From: Hypanus sabinus
Lineage: Eukaryota
Length of the DNA stretch: 64,000 bases
Direction: 5' to 3'
Assembly: GCF_030144855.1 (NCBI RefSeq)
Contig: NC_082709.1
Location: 155,682,001-155,746,000, forward strand
The position numbers were made by a program, and so were the translations under genes. Below, one piece after another: positions 25,536 to 38,206 of this stretch. Every line of letters begins with the position of its first letter. Position 1 is the first letter of the stretch. A model generated the notes under the pieces. It was not told the DNA's origin. It ran no database searches and saw nothing but the letters and a program-made list of their open reading frames with translations.

Positions 25536-25623
25536 TTATTGGTCTGCACAGGAGATAAGTACTGCCGTTTGCGCCATTTCCTTGGGCTGTCCATCGTGGT
25601 TCAGAGAAACTGCATGTTGGCCT
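25536..25623 (-). CDS. BBX: BBX last coding exon (GQHAVSLNHDGQPKEMAQTAVLISCADQ*)
   Basis: C-terminal VLISCADQ*; TAA at 25538-25536; summed CDS 2364 nt (2328 with the short exon 5), divisible by 3. Confidence 0.95.
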
Positions 25624-26679
25624 CTGCAGATGAAAGATAAACTGAGAATCAGCACAGCAGAAATAAATATTGATGGAGTGTTTTAATTAATAGCATTCTA
25701 AGGCCAGATTTCCTTGGGACTCAATTGATTGCAATGTGATGAGCTTTCTGTATCTGGATCTATGTGTGCATATGCAAAGGTAGGTGTGTGAGTGAAGCTT
25801 TGATTAAACTTTCAAGCCGATAGCCCAATCTTGGGCCCTCGTTCTTGGATTGCCTATTCTGGTCTCCTACAAAATCCCACTAACCAGAGAATTTCAAAGA
25901 GTCCTATTGGAAGGTGAAAGGCTGAGCAGTAAATATTAAATATGGACCCGTTACTGTGGAGGAAATATCATGTATCCACTCCCAACTAGTATGAGTCTGT
26001 CGGAGGTGTTAGGTTAGGCAAATAACCAACAAAATTATCCTAAACGTAGACCTAAAGGATTACTGTGAAAAGTATTAATGGGCTGGTTGTGTGGGGAAAT
26101 GCTACAAATCCAAACTTCTTGATACTTCTTTGATGGGCTCCAATATTGACCTCCATATAGAGTCCAGAGGGCGAGTAGGAAGATACAGTAATTGCACGCA
26201 ACTTGAATAAGTTCTTGTACACTGATATCTTCCCCACTGAAGTGAAAAATGAATAGCTGCAAGGAATTAAGGAATTTTATTCACCTTATCATTATATACA
26301 TCCTAACTTTTAAAATTGTAATATATTAAACATACTAACAGCTCCTTTGCAAGCTTTCTTGCTGCTGTGTTAGAAGTGGCTCCCAGGAACGGCACTTATG
26401 GCTCAGGAGCTTTGCTATACTGTAATGTCTCAGCTTCATCTGGCAAATTCTCAAATTTGCTTTGTTAGTCGATATTAATTTGAGTACCTCACTGGCAACA
26501 TCTTAATCTGGGTCATTATCATATTTTCATAAAATGATTGTAAAATAATTTATTTAATGATTTTGGTGTGTGCTCTCTCACCCATTTATTGAAATTGTCT
26601 TCATCTGCTGAGCAGCTCTCTTTGTCACTCTGTAGTTTCTCTATATTATGCAGTAACCAAAACCTAGTTTATTTCTCAC

Positions 26680-26887
26680 CTGTGTGCATTTTCCATTGCC
26701 GCAACCTCTGCCAAGGCAGCTAAACTGAAGAATGCTGGGATAGCTGATGTAGTTTGCACTTCCGGTGAAATACTGCAAACCTGTTCATTTTCTGAGCTAC
26801 CGTAGTTGACTGCACTAGTCAAAGCATCTGTCTTTTCTGGCTGCTTTTTCTTCTCCTGTTTACATAACATCTTCTCCTTTGATAGGT
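26680..26887 (-). CDS. BBX: BBX coding exon 11 (DLSKEKM...AFFSLAALAEVAAMENAHR)
   Basis: AFFSLAALAEVAAMEN motif; donor AG|GTGAGA; 208 nt. Confidence 0.94.
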
Positions 26888-27521
26888 CTGCAGAAATTGA
26901 ACAACAGTTTTAAGACATGTTACACACTTTTCCTTTTCAATATTACAAGTAAATTATTTTCCGCAACTGATTAAGCCTCTGCCAATTGTGCTGTGATGTT
27001 AATGATGTTAGCAGATACATGTACACAGATTGGATGGTTTGATCTGTCCATTACCTTTCCCTGGAGCTACATGCTTACTTCTCATTATTGCTTATGCATG
27101 AGAGATCAGAGACTGTGATGTGGACTGTTTAACATCCAAAAGATGCAATAGAATTGTTCATATTTATTAGCCAGAAGAAGCTATATTTAAGGTGAAATTA
27201 CATTTCTATTTTCTGCTGCTGTTTCCATGGATTTCAGGAAACTTTGCATAGAAAGTTCATCAGTGCGCTTTATATAGTTTATCACATCATACAGGGTTAC
27301 AGTGATCATATTGAACAGTAATATTGAGAACATGGCCAGGTTTACTGATAAACCACTACTGCCTCACAATGTTCTCCAAGGAATAGCTGCCCCATTTACA
27401 ACTCGAGACACACTACATAAATAACATACCTCCCTCTTAGAGGAACAGTTCAAGTCAGCTTGTACTCAATGATAAACTTGGTTTCTTTGCCACTAACTAA
27501 AATCTGCCACGATGTACTCAC

Positions 27522-27707
27522 CCCCTGCAGGTGACAATCGTCCATCAGCTGTTCGGATTAGGTGCGTTATTTTTGTTTTTCTGGCCTTGCGCTTTTGGCT
27601 GCCAACGAGCGGTTCTTGTGTGACCGCTAGTAGACTGCTTGGAATTGATAGTGTATGATCTGCTTTCTCCGCATGTTCCTCAGAGCTCGTATCTTGTGGG
27701 AATATGG
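27522..27707 (-). CDS. BBX: BBX coding exon 10 (AIFPQD...TQEPLVGSQKRKARKTKITHLIRTADGRLSPAG)
   Basis: Conserved motif; cttcAG|CC acceptor; G|GTGAGT donor; 186 nt. Confidence 0.94.
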
Positions 27708-28654
27708 CTGAAGTAGAAGAAACAACTATGCTAAGTTACAAACATCACAGCTGTAAACTTGAATCAAGTCTTCTTCAGTAGTTTATTCAGAGACAGTGTA
27801 CACATATATTTAATGCCAAGTTATATCTTAATGGCTAGATCTCCCTTATTGATTTTTGTGTGGACTTCAAATGGTCCACATAAGCAGCAATTTTTACTTA
27901 GTGCCTCCATCTGAAGAAGCTATTTGATCTAAAAGGGAACCTAATTATATGTAGTAACATTACAGGGAACAGCAAAATGTTTGTCCTTATTTGAAATGAA
28001 CACTTCAATAGAATCTAAATATGCATGTATATTCATTATCTGACACATTGTTAAATTGTATTGTTAATCTTAGTTGTATCAGAGAAAGTTCAAAATTTAA
28101 TTCCAAAATCATGGTACAGAGGTCTACTGTTTTAAGCTTCTCTTCCTAAGGTTTCATGCTACTTAGAACTACTGGCAACACAAAGCAGCGTGACTTTTAA
28201 GAACTAATAGTAAAACAAACGCCTTGAAATAATATTTATAGCAGTAATTCACTTTAATGGATACTCTGCTGAAATAAAGTACAATCTGTCTCAGAAATAT
28301 TGTAATTAATGACCCCTGTAATATGCAGAGATTACCAGACAATGATTACCATGGATGTAATTACTATTTAACAGATTACAATGTCACAATATAACCTAAC
28401 AGTCTCACACGGGCACTTAACTCATTATGAATAAATCTGTATATATTTTAATGTGTGGAAATGCCACTGGAGTTTTTTTGTGCACATTTCTGTCTATGCA
28501 TTGTTACGTGAATAAATGGACTTACAACTCTTACGCTGAACCTGGATGACACGATAAAACTGAAAGGTTCAAGAGCAACCAACATCCTGACACTTACCTT
28601 GACAACCACACCCTATGAGAAAATGTATACAGCAATGTTAACCCCTTTTAGTAC

Positions 28655-28726
28655 CTTTATCAGTTAAATGAAGTGTGTCCTTTTGGTGTTTAAACTTGCT
28701 GACTATTTTCTGAGATGCAGATGATC
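28655..28726 (-). CDS. BBX: BBX coding exon 9 (GSSASQKIVSKFKHQKDTLHLTDK), possibly a cassette exon
   Basis: Resembles KIVSKYKHKKEK of human BBX as recalled; long T-rich acceptor; 72 nt, phase 1-1. Confidence 0.75.
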
Positions 28727-30049
28727 CTAAAAAATATAAATAAAAATATAAAAAAAAGAAAATGCTGGCCTTCACCAAACTGATATGTGATACACGGAAA
28801 ATCCATAATCTATTCCAATCTATGGAAAATCAAGATACAGGTAACCTTTAAGCTTCTTACATTAGCCTTTGTCACTTGGACTACGAGGATAATACAGCAC
28901 ACTATCTCTGTATACGCTGTGTTGATGACAGCGCTATCAGTTGTGGCTAGGTATGAAATCATACAAATTTTGTTGATTTTGAATAGAGTGTTATCATTAA
29001 AGATCACATCTAATATAACTGATAATATTGCAGGAAAATAAGCTCTGTCCATTCTAAGATCAGTTGATAGAAGTTGGTCCATGGTTACTTGTGCAAAATA
29101 TAAATGATTAAATAGCAACTATTGTACATATTGTAAACTCCTTTCTGCCTTGTACCTACCTATTTGTTATCAAACTACTTTGCCTTATCAATAACTCCAA
29201 CTCTTAGATCCCATCGCTGAAATACATAACTCTACACTTGACCACTTACCCTCAAACTAAATCTCTGCCTGTACTCACCCCTGGATCCCAGCAATACATT
29301 TCCAAACACAAAATATGCAACATACATTTAGAAAAGATATTTATAGAGGGGCATTATGAGTGTATGTTTTTTAGTACGCTGATCTAACGCCCATCTAGAG
29401 CACACATTTTTGGGTGTATTAACATTTCTAAGCTCACACATTCAACAATATGGCAACCCCAGGAACAGAAGTGGAAGATGGCAACAAGGCTCCTCAAGCT
29501 TGCTTCATTATAAAACACAATGAATTGTGCTTCTCACTCTCCGAATCCCCAAAAATCCACCCATCAGAGCCTACAACACACTCAGTGACTGAGTAACCAC
29601 AGCTACCTAAGGTGTAAGGTAGCGTTCCAAAAGACCTTGAATAAAGAAGTCTCTATTTCACTCCCATCCTGATCTCTCCTCCATCCAAAGGCAAGATCTG
29701 TAGTTCGAGGTTTTCCAGCTCAATCCTCCTCAGGCAAGCCGAGCAGAGGAACAGTGGCGAAAAACATTGATAAGGGTGGGATCCAATCAAGAATGGAAGA
29801 GGAGAAGAGAGACAGCAAGGAGCAGGAGTAGAGGGAATACAAGGTGCACAATTACAAAGCACAGATCTAAAGTAGAGCCAAGATCAGAAGCACCAGACGA
29901 GATCATCAAAAATGAGGCAGAAACTGCATGAGTAATAACAAAGTAGCATTCGAGCCAGTGCAAAGGATTAACAGAATTTGAGGGAACTGCGCAAGTACTA
30001 TGATAAAGCAAAGAACTAACTTACAGAAATAAAATAAGCAACAGTTCCC

Positions 30050-30495
30050 TAACTTCCGTTAATGCCCCTCCTCCCCCCATCCCTGATATATTTAGTTTTT
30101 TCTCCCCTCCCTTCTTTTCCCCTCGCTTTCTGCCCATCACTCTGCCTGTTTTCCATCTCCCTCTGGTGCTCTCTTCCCCCTTTCTTTCTCCCTATGGGCC
30201 TCCCGTCCCGTGATCCTTTCCCTTCTCCAGCTCTGTGTCCCTTTTGCCAATCACCTGTCTTGCGCTCAGCTCCACCCCACCCCCTCCGGTCTTCTCCTAT
30301 CATTTCACATTTTCCCCTCCCCCTCCTACTTTCAAATCTCTTACTACCTTTCCTTTCAGTTAGTCCTGACGAAGGGTCTCGGCCCGAAACGTCAACAGTG
30401 CTTCTCCCTATAAGATGTTGCCTGGCCTGCTGTGTTCCACCAGCATTTTGTGTGTGTTGCTTGAATTTCCAGCATCTGCAGATTTCCTCATGTTT
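30050..30495 (+). mobile_element. Penelope-like element 3' tail
   Basis: C/T-rich tract then gtcctgacgaagggtctcggcccgaaacgtc...ccagcattttgtgtgtgttgc. Confidence 0.75.
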
Positions 30496-31309
30496 GCGAA
30501 ATAAAATAAGATCTACTTTAAAGAACATCTTTTGATTAATCTAGGTCAACCAAGAACTGCGTGGGCGGTGTTGGGCAATGCTCATGTCACGGTTACCAGT
30601 TGACTGTACAGCAAAGTCAATACTGGCACGGGCTAGTTCTTTTGAGAAGTACACTCAGAACCACAACCACAGCACTGTGCACGGGTCTACTGTATAGGTC
30701 AGGGTAGAAGATCAACAAAAGCTATGGGGGATGAGTGGAAAGGAGAAACAATTCTGTACCCCAGATAGCATCCAGAAATGGACTGTTGTGTCCTTGATGT
30801 CTGAGACAAAGCTTGGTCTGCAAACATAAATCTCACTTCATTCAATTTAACACTATGCTTACCTCTTCTAAAAGGGAGCAAAATGAAAGCTCACATTGAG
30901 GAGCAGTTTATCTATCACAATGAGGTTTGTGGCCAACCTTGCTTTGGCAGAAATTATAGCACTGACTAGTCCTGTTGGTAGTGACATTATAGATTTCAAG
31001 TGATAGATTGGTTAAGGTCAAACAAGAAAGGCAGGTATAATCCTGGGCTTCATGCAATTCACACAATATCACAATCAAGATATAAATTAGTAACTGGTTT
31101 AATGTTGCGGTGTTCACCGAGCTTGGCAATTAATTATTGGTCCCTCAAAACCACCAAACTGAAGTACACATGCTTAATAATCTATCCCGCATACCACTAA
31201 CCTTTTATGAACCTAGCAATAGCCAAAACTCAGTTCTGTAAATTCTCATATGCTATGAGTTCTCTGTTTCACTACTTGCAGTGCGTAAGTTTTTTATTTT
31301 ATGTATTTA

Positions 31310-31570
31310 TTTAGATATAGCATAGATTTGGCCCTTCTGGCCCTTCGAGCCACGCTGATTTAACCCTCGCCTAATCATGGGACAACTTACAATGACTAAC
31401 TAACCTACCAACAGTACGTCCTTAGACTGTGGGAAGAAACCGGAGCACCTGGAGGAAACCTACGCAGATACAGGTAGAGCAAACAAACTCCTTACAGACA
31501 GTGGTGGGAACTGAACCCTGGTCGCTGGCACTGAAAAGTGGTGTGCTAACCACTACTCTACTGTACCACC
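31310..31570 (-). mobile_element. V-SINE/HE1-like SINE
   Basis: gactgtgggaagaaaccggagcacctggaggaaacc core in reverse, with a tRNA-like head. Confidence 0.75.
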
Positions 31571-32170
31571 ATATCTTTTGTTATGTAAAACGCCTGCTCT
31601 GGAATTCCCATCCTAAATCTGTCCATGTTCTTTTTCTACATGAAAGACCTGAATCTTTCTTCAATTAGTTAAATAAAGGCAAGTTCAATTAGGCCTTGGT
31701 AAAGAACTATGGTACTTTCTGAAGAAAGTTGAGTTATTAAATATCTGGGTCCTTCTTTCTCTTTTGGGGCATTTGTGTAAAGTAACTGAATATGTCCATT
31801 TAAAATAAAGTACAAAATCAAAATAATGCAGATGCTGGAAATTTGACATAAAAATAATGAATATAAATATTTGTCACACAGGAAGCACTTGTGAAATAAG
31901 AGACAGAATTATGTTTCAGTTTGGGAGCCATCCATGAAAGATCTTCACTTTAAAAAGTTAATTATCCTTCCTTCCCCAATGTGACCATCTGATCTGCTAA
32001 TTGTTTCCCAGGGTTTCCTGCAAAGTATACAGGTACCTGAAGAGGCAATTACTATTACTGAAATCTAAAGGCAATGAACTGTTAAACTATAGTCAATGCT
32101 TGGTACTTCTACTTCTATTCATGATGATTTAAATATTTATCCCTGAATATTTCACACTCTCCAGTCCCAC

Positions 32171-32319
32171 CTTTATCACACTTCAGCTGCTCAGTGGATC
32201 CACTCCTGTTCTTCTTCTTTTTCCTCGTCACTGTTGAGTTCTTGCGGTCAAAGGTTACCGGACTGTATTGTGGAAGGCTGTTGAATTTCTTTTCAAATTC
32301 CTGCTCTAGATTCCCTAAG
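32171..32319 (-). CDS. BBX: BBX coding exon 8 (LGNLEQEFEKKFNSLPQYSPVTFDRK...CDK)
   Basis: EFEKKFNSLPQYSPVTFDRK motif; phases fit both neighbours; 149 nt. Confidence 0.93.
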
Positions 32320-33113
32320 CTGGAATGAAAGAAACAGAGTCCATAAGTCCTTGTTATAATCACAATGCTGGTCAAGTCATCAAACTTCAGTAGATTCTCC
32401 TTCAGTGAAGTTTCTTCCAGCGAGATGACACTGTTCCAGATAACAATGAGGTTTTGTTGGATCCTTGTTGACTATGTGGACTATCTATGTCACTCAATGC
32501 ACGATCCATAATGCAGTACAATGGTAATGTGCCCCTTCATCCTAACCACTGCTTCGCCACGGCTGGTCAGTTAACAAAACTGATCAGCAAAATAAAAAGG
32601 TGCTTTCACCAGGTTTTTGTTTGCTAAATTACATGTTCTAATCATAGTTTAGAGATAGTGAGTCATTAAAACTATTAATGACAACATTCAAAATATTAAA
32701 GAAATAGGTTTAAAGATGATTTTGGCAGTAGTAAAACATAATAAGCCACTTAGGTTTCTAACCCTAAGTCAAGCTCTGATAACTAAGTTATAGTAGACAC
32801 ACTTTTGACAGATTCCAAATGGTACCTGACAAAAAGTACTATTTGCTAAAAGCTGCATTTTTAATCTTGTAGATAAATATCACTTATAAGAGATACAAGT
32901 TTCAGCTAGAAGCACACAAACAGATTGCTGGGGCCACAATATCATTTCTTTCAAGACCTACTGAAAATCAAGTTGTAGCAATGCTCACCTCAGAACAATC
33001 TTTTTTTTACAATTTATGTACGAATAATTGGTAGGCATAAAAATCCATTTGCTGAATGAATAAATTGCAGGTTAATTTTTTAATAGCAATGAAGGAGGAA
33101 ATGGATTTCTTAC

Positions 33114-33252
33114 CCAAGGGCTGATTCATCTTTTTGTTTCAATTTTTTCAACTTTTTGGTTCCACTGCTTCCAACATTTGAAAATGTCCAATCATCCTCC
33201 TTCCAACATCCTTCATGATCAGAGGATCCCCCTTTCCCTGAAGCTTTCTTGC
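33114..33252 (-). CDS. BBX: BBX coding exon 7 (KKASGKGGSSDHEGCWKEDDWTFS...ESALG)
   Basis: SSDHEGCW motif; phase 1 in, phase 2 out; GG|GTAAGA donor; 139 nt. Confidence 0.92.
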
Positions 33253-34166
33253 CTGAAAGTATAAACACATATTCAGTGAAGAGATGCAAATTACAGCCAT
33301 ATCCATAATGCTAACTGGTAACAACCCATTTCCCAAGTTAATCTGGTTCCTTAAAAACACTGGTGCTTATGTTCCGTGATAGATCTAGCTCAAGGTTAAC
33401 ATGCGAGTCATCTTTTTGAGACCGACAGCTGAAGTACAGGGAATATGAGGTTAGAAATTCCAACTTGTAAATTGGTTTGGTATTCCACTAGCAATATGCT
33501 GTATTCAATGGAAAACACTACATCAACTCCTTTGTATTTCTGATCTAAGATCTGCAGTGTTCCTTAGAGCAGAAGTTCCGCCATTATACAGCTGATTGCA
33601 ATTACCTTCAACTGCAGTTGCCAAGCCAGCACAGACCAAAACACAATGGACAAAATGTACCCTTATACAAATGAAATATGCTTTTATTTTCCTCCCAGTT
33701 ACACAAGGTGAACATTAAAGCTAGTGTATTCACTTCCTGCCCGATGAAGATGATGTGTTTAAGAAGACACGTTGTATACTACTAACTCTCCGAATATCAG
33801 CATGGGAGGTTTGACAGCGAAATCAATGTGATATTCAACCACAGTGGAATCTGACTAAACCTTATTCAGCATTTGCATACACTCAAGGGTGCCGATCAGC
33901 GAATAGTTGTCACAAAAGCCAGAGCTGCCTGTAAATTTTTTTTGTTCACCACTTTCTGGTTACTGAAGTCAGATGTAGTTCCTCTGTTGAGTGCCCTTGT
34001 TGAAAGTAACATTTCCTTGGATGATGTATTTCAACAATAACAGCATCACTTCTGAATCTTGAACAGATTGCAGGACAGAGCCTAATACACAGCACAGTTT
34101 AAGGGCGCTGTGGAAAATCGATGGACTATTTCTCACAGGACAAACATTACTATGGAATTCTTTGCA

Positions 34167-34184
34167 ATACTGCCATCTAGAGTC
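34167..34184 (-). promoter_or_regulatory. Weaker candidate CTCF site
   Basis: ATACTGCCATCTAGAGTC; the reverse strand reads CTAGATGGCAGTA. Confidence 0.25.
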
Positions 34185-35286
34185 AACAAAATTCAATTGT
34201 TTTGAATTTCCCTGTGCTCTAAATTAGTTACCAAAGACGTAAATGAAAGTTATTTCACCTCAGTCATTCAGTGAATTAAATTGTTATTTATACAGCTGTT
34301 TGAATAATCATATCAGGATCTAAGTAATTATGAAACTAGTGGATTTTTGTCAGGTTGAATTCAATAAAGAGGGAAAGAAACAGCTTCTCAATTGGGCTGG
34401 GGTGAGAGCTGTGGGTTGGAAAGCAGAGATGGGGGTGATGAAACAAGAATTCTAGACCAAACTGAGAGAGAAAAATAGGAAGATTACGAGTTTGGACAGG
34501 GTGGATTAGAGAATGAGAAATTTGTCTGTGAAGTATACAAAAATCTACAATAGCTAAGGTGAATTACAACTTTTTGGTAGTTGCAGCTCAGCCATCAGCA
34601 TGCAACTTCTAAATTGGTAAACATTGATTTCACCTCAGTCACAAAGTGATGAAAATATATTTTTAGCATAAATAATTGAGATTCATTTAAACAGAAGCCA
34701 TCAGACAACCCATTCAAATTGAAAAGAAAACCTGATCTTATATCTGTAATTGCCAAGTCATTTTTCTTATAAAATTTAACGCTGTGGCCAAGCACAATGA
34801 TTTAAAATATTTATATTATTGATTTATGCATATTTACATTTTTTACATAAAAATGCAACAATGTAATGTTATGTCACGATAATTTGTTTGCCCCAACTTC
34901 CTAATTTTGAGAAATCCTTAAATTTCTGATCCATTAAAGTCAATGTCTTAAATCTCAAACCTGCAAATCAAATCAAATCTCACATTTGCCAAATGGTTGA
35001 GAAATAAAGATCGATTTCCACAAGCCTAGCCATGGTTGAATGCAGAAAGAGTTTAGGTTTAAAAATTACAGTTTAAAAGGAGCATCACAAAGCTGAACTA
35101 CATTTATTGATCAAAATATATACAGAAAATCTCTTAAATTAGAGGCTTCCAAACCATGGTCAACATGTTGAACTGATTGGCTACTGCTGGGTGAAGTTTA
35201 CCCTCACTTCTGCTTGCAATGCACTGCGGTGAAGTTGCTGGTTTCTCAGTGTCAGATACTCAGCTAACTATGCCAACATTGTGTGG

Positions 35287-37725
35287 AAGATTTTCATTTT
35301 CCACAGATAGTCTGGGAGGCCCATTCTGTAAAAGGGCTGGATGGTTTGGAGTTTATAAAATGTGTGCAGGATAGTTTTTTGCAGCAATATATAGAGGTAC
35401 CAACTAGAGAAGGGACAGTGTTGGATCTCCTGTTAGGGAATGAGATAGGTCAGGTGATGGAGGCATGTGTTGGGGAGCACTTCGGATCCAGTGATCACAA
35501 TGCCATTAGTTTCAATATAATTATGGAGAAGGATAGGACTGGACCCAGGGTTGAGATTTTTGATTTGAGAAAGTCTAACTTTGAGGAGATGCGAAAGGAT
35601 TTAGAAGGAGTGGATTGGGACAATATGTTTTATGAGAAAGATGTAATAAAGAAATGGAGGTCATTTAAAAGTGAAATTTTGAGGGTACAGAATCTTTATG
35701 TTCCTGTTAGGTTTAAAGGAAAGGTTAAAAGTTTGAGCGAGCCATGGTTTTCAAGGGATATTGGAAACCTGGTTCAGAAAAAGAGAGATATCTACAATAA
35801 ATATAGGCAGCATGGAGTAAATGAGGTGCTCGAGGAAGATAAAGAATGTACGAAGAACCTTAAGAAATTAGAAAAGCTAAAAGAAGATGAGGTTGCTTTG
35901 GCAAGTAAGGTGAAAGTAAATCCAAAGGGTTTCTACAGTCATATTAATAGCAAAAGGATAGTGAAGGATAAAATTGGTCCCTTATGTGTGGAACTGAAAG
36001 AGATGGGGGAGATTTTGAACAATTTCTTTTTTTGGTATTCACTAAGGAGAAGGATATTGAATTGTGTAAGGTAAGGGAAACAAGTAGGGTAGTTATGGAA
36101 ACTATGATGATTAAAGAAGAGGAAATACTGGTGCTTTTAAAGAATATAAAAGTGGATAAGACTCCAGGAACTGACAGGATATTCCCTAGGACCTTGAGGG
36201 AAGTTAGTGTAGAAATAGCAGGGGCTCTGACAGAAATATTTCAAATGTCATTAGAAACGGGGATGGTGCCGGAGGATTGGCATATTGCACATGTGGTTCC
36301 ATTGTTTAAAAAGGGTTCTAAGAGTAAACCTAGCAATTATAGGCCTGTCAGTTTGACATCAGTGGTGGATAAATTAATGGAAAGTATTCTTAGAGATGGT
36401 ATATATAATTATCTGAATAGACAGGGTCTGATTAGGAACAGCCAACATGGATTTGTGCGAGGAAGGTCACATTTGACAAACCTTATTGAATTTTTTGAAG
36501 AGGTTACGAGAAAAGTTGACGAGGGTAAAGCAGTATATGTTGTCTATATGGACTTCAGTAAGTCCTTTGACAAGGTTCCATACGGAAGGTTAGTTAGGAA
36601 GGTTCGTTAGGTATTAATATTGAAGTAGTAAAATGGATTCAACAGTGGCTGGAAGGGAGATGCCAGAGAGTAGTGGTGGATAACTGTTTGTCAGGTTGGA
36701 GGCTGGTGACTAGTGGTGTGCCTCAGGGATCTGTACTGGGTCCAATGTTGTCTGTCATATACATTAATGATCTGGATGATGGGGTGGTAAATTGGATTAG
36801 TAAGTATGCAGATGATACGAAGATAGGTGGCATTGTGGATAATGAAGTAGGTTTTCAAAGCTTGCAAAGAGATTTAGGCCAGTTAGAAGAGTGGGCTGGA
36901 AAATGGCAGATGGAGTTTAATGCTGATTAAGTGTGAGATGCTACATTTTGGTAGGACTAATCAAAATAGGACATACATGGTAAATGGTAGGGCATTGAGG
37001 AATGCAGTAGGAGAGAGTGATCTAGGAATAATGGTGCATAGTTCCCTGAAGGTGGAATCTCATGTGGATAGGGTGGTGAAGAAAGCTTTTGGTATGCTGG
37101 CCTTTATAAATCAGAGCATTGATTATAGGAGTTGGGATGTAATGATAAAATTGTACAAGGCATCGGTAAGGCTGAATTTGGAGTATTGTGTATAGTTCTG
37201 GTCACCAAATTATAGGCAAGGTATCAACAAAACAGAGAGAGTACAGAGAAGATTTACTAGAATGTTACCTGGGTTTCAGCACCTAGGTTACAGAGAAAGG
37301 TTGAACAAGTTAGGTTTTTATTCTTTGGAGCGTAAAAGGTTGAGCGGGGACTTAATAAAGGTATTTAAAATTATGAGGGGGATAGATAGAGTTGACGTGG
37401 ATAGGTTTTTTCTATTGAGAGTAGGGGAGATTCAAACAAGAGGACATGAGTTGAGAGTTAAGGGGCAAAAGTTTAGGGGGTAACACAAGGGGGAGCTTCT
37501 TTACTCAGAGAATGGTAGCTGTGTGGAACGATCTTCCAGAAGAAGTGGTAGAAGCAGGTTCAATTTTGACAGTTAAAGTAAAATTGAATAGGTATATGGA
37601 CAGGAAAGGAATGGAGGGTTATGGGCTGAGTGCAGGTCAGTGGGACTAGGTGAGAGTAAGCGTTTGGCACGGACTAGAAGGGCTGAGATGACCTGCTTCC
37701 GTGCTGTAATTGTTATATGGTTATA
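35287..37725 (+). mobile_element. Young 5'-truncated CR1 LINE (APE C-terminus, RT, 3' tail), frameshifted
   Basis: ORFs 35283-37483 give NYRPVSLTS, QHGFVRGRS, GVPQGSVLGP and KYADDTK; (gttatat)-type tail. Confidence 0.97.
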
Positions 37726-38206
37726 ACATACCAGTAATTCTCACTTTCACCCATATCAGCGAGGCATGAACCAGATTCAGTTTCAACTTACAAGCACCTG
37801 GAAAGGTCTCTGTGAATTAGTAGCACAAAGTGCTTGTTTATTTTCTTTGTGGTATTTAAGGGAACACTCTGCTGACAATGGGAGAACTGAGTGGGCAGCT
37901 TCATTACTGATGTAGGCTACTCAAACACCTTCAAAAGATCAGAGAGTATTAAAATAGTAGCAAGTGTTCTATCCAGAGTTTAACTGCTGAGATACTCAAC
38001 CAATAGATGCAGTGGCAACACTGGCACCTCTCCATCACTGGAGCCATCTTTATAGCCATAGATGATCATGCAGCTTTGGTTGGAGATTTGAGGCTTGAGA
38101 TGAAACAAGGATTACTATTGGAGTCTTCTGAGGCACCACATACCTTTAAAGTGTATACTCCAAGGGATAGTCAGTGATTTGGAAATGTTCTTGTATCCAT
38201 CTCCCG

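Noticed and set aside
30049-30535. Overlapping ORFs of about 158 aa on both strands
   Set aside because: Low-complexity Penelope tail.
30751-30830. FLDAIWGTE, resembling the human BBX FLDAIHPTE exon
   Set aside because: Wrong order relative to the KIVSK exon and no phase-compatible donor.
35283-37483. CR1 ORFs as an active retrotransposon or host gene (also 54754-56357)
   Set aside because: 5'-truncated, with several frameshifts and stops.
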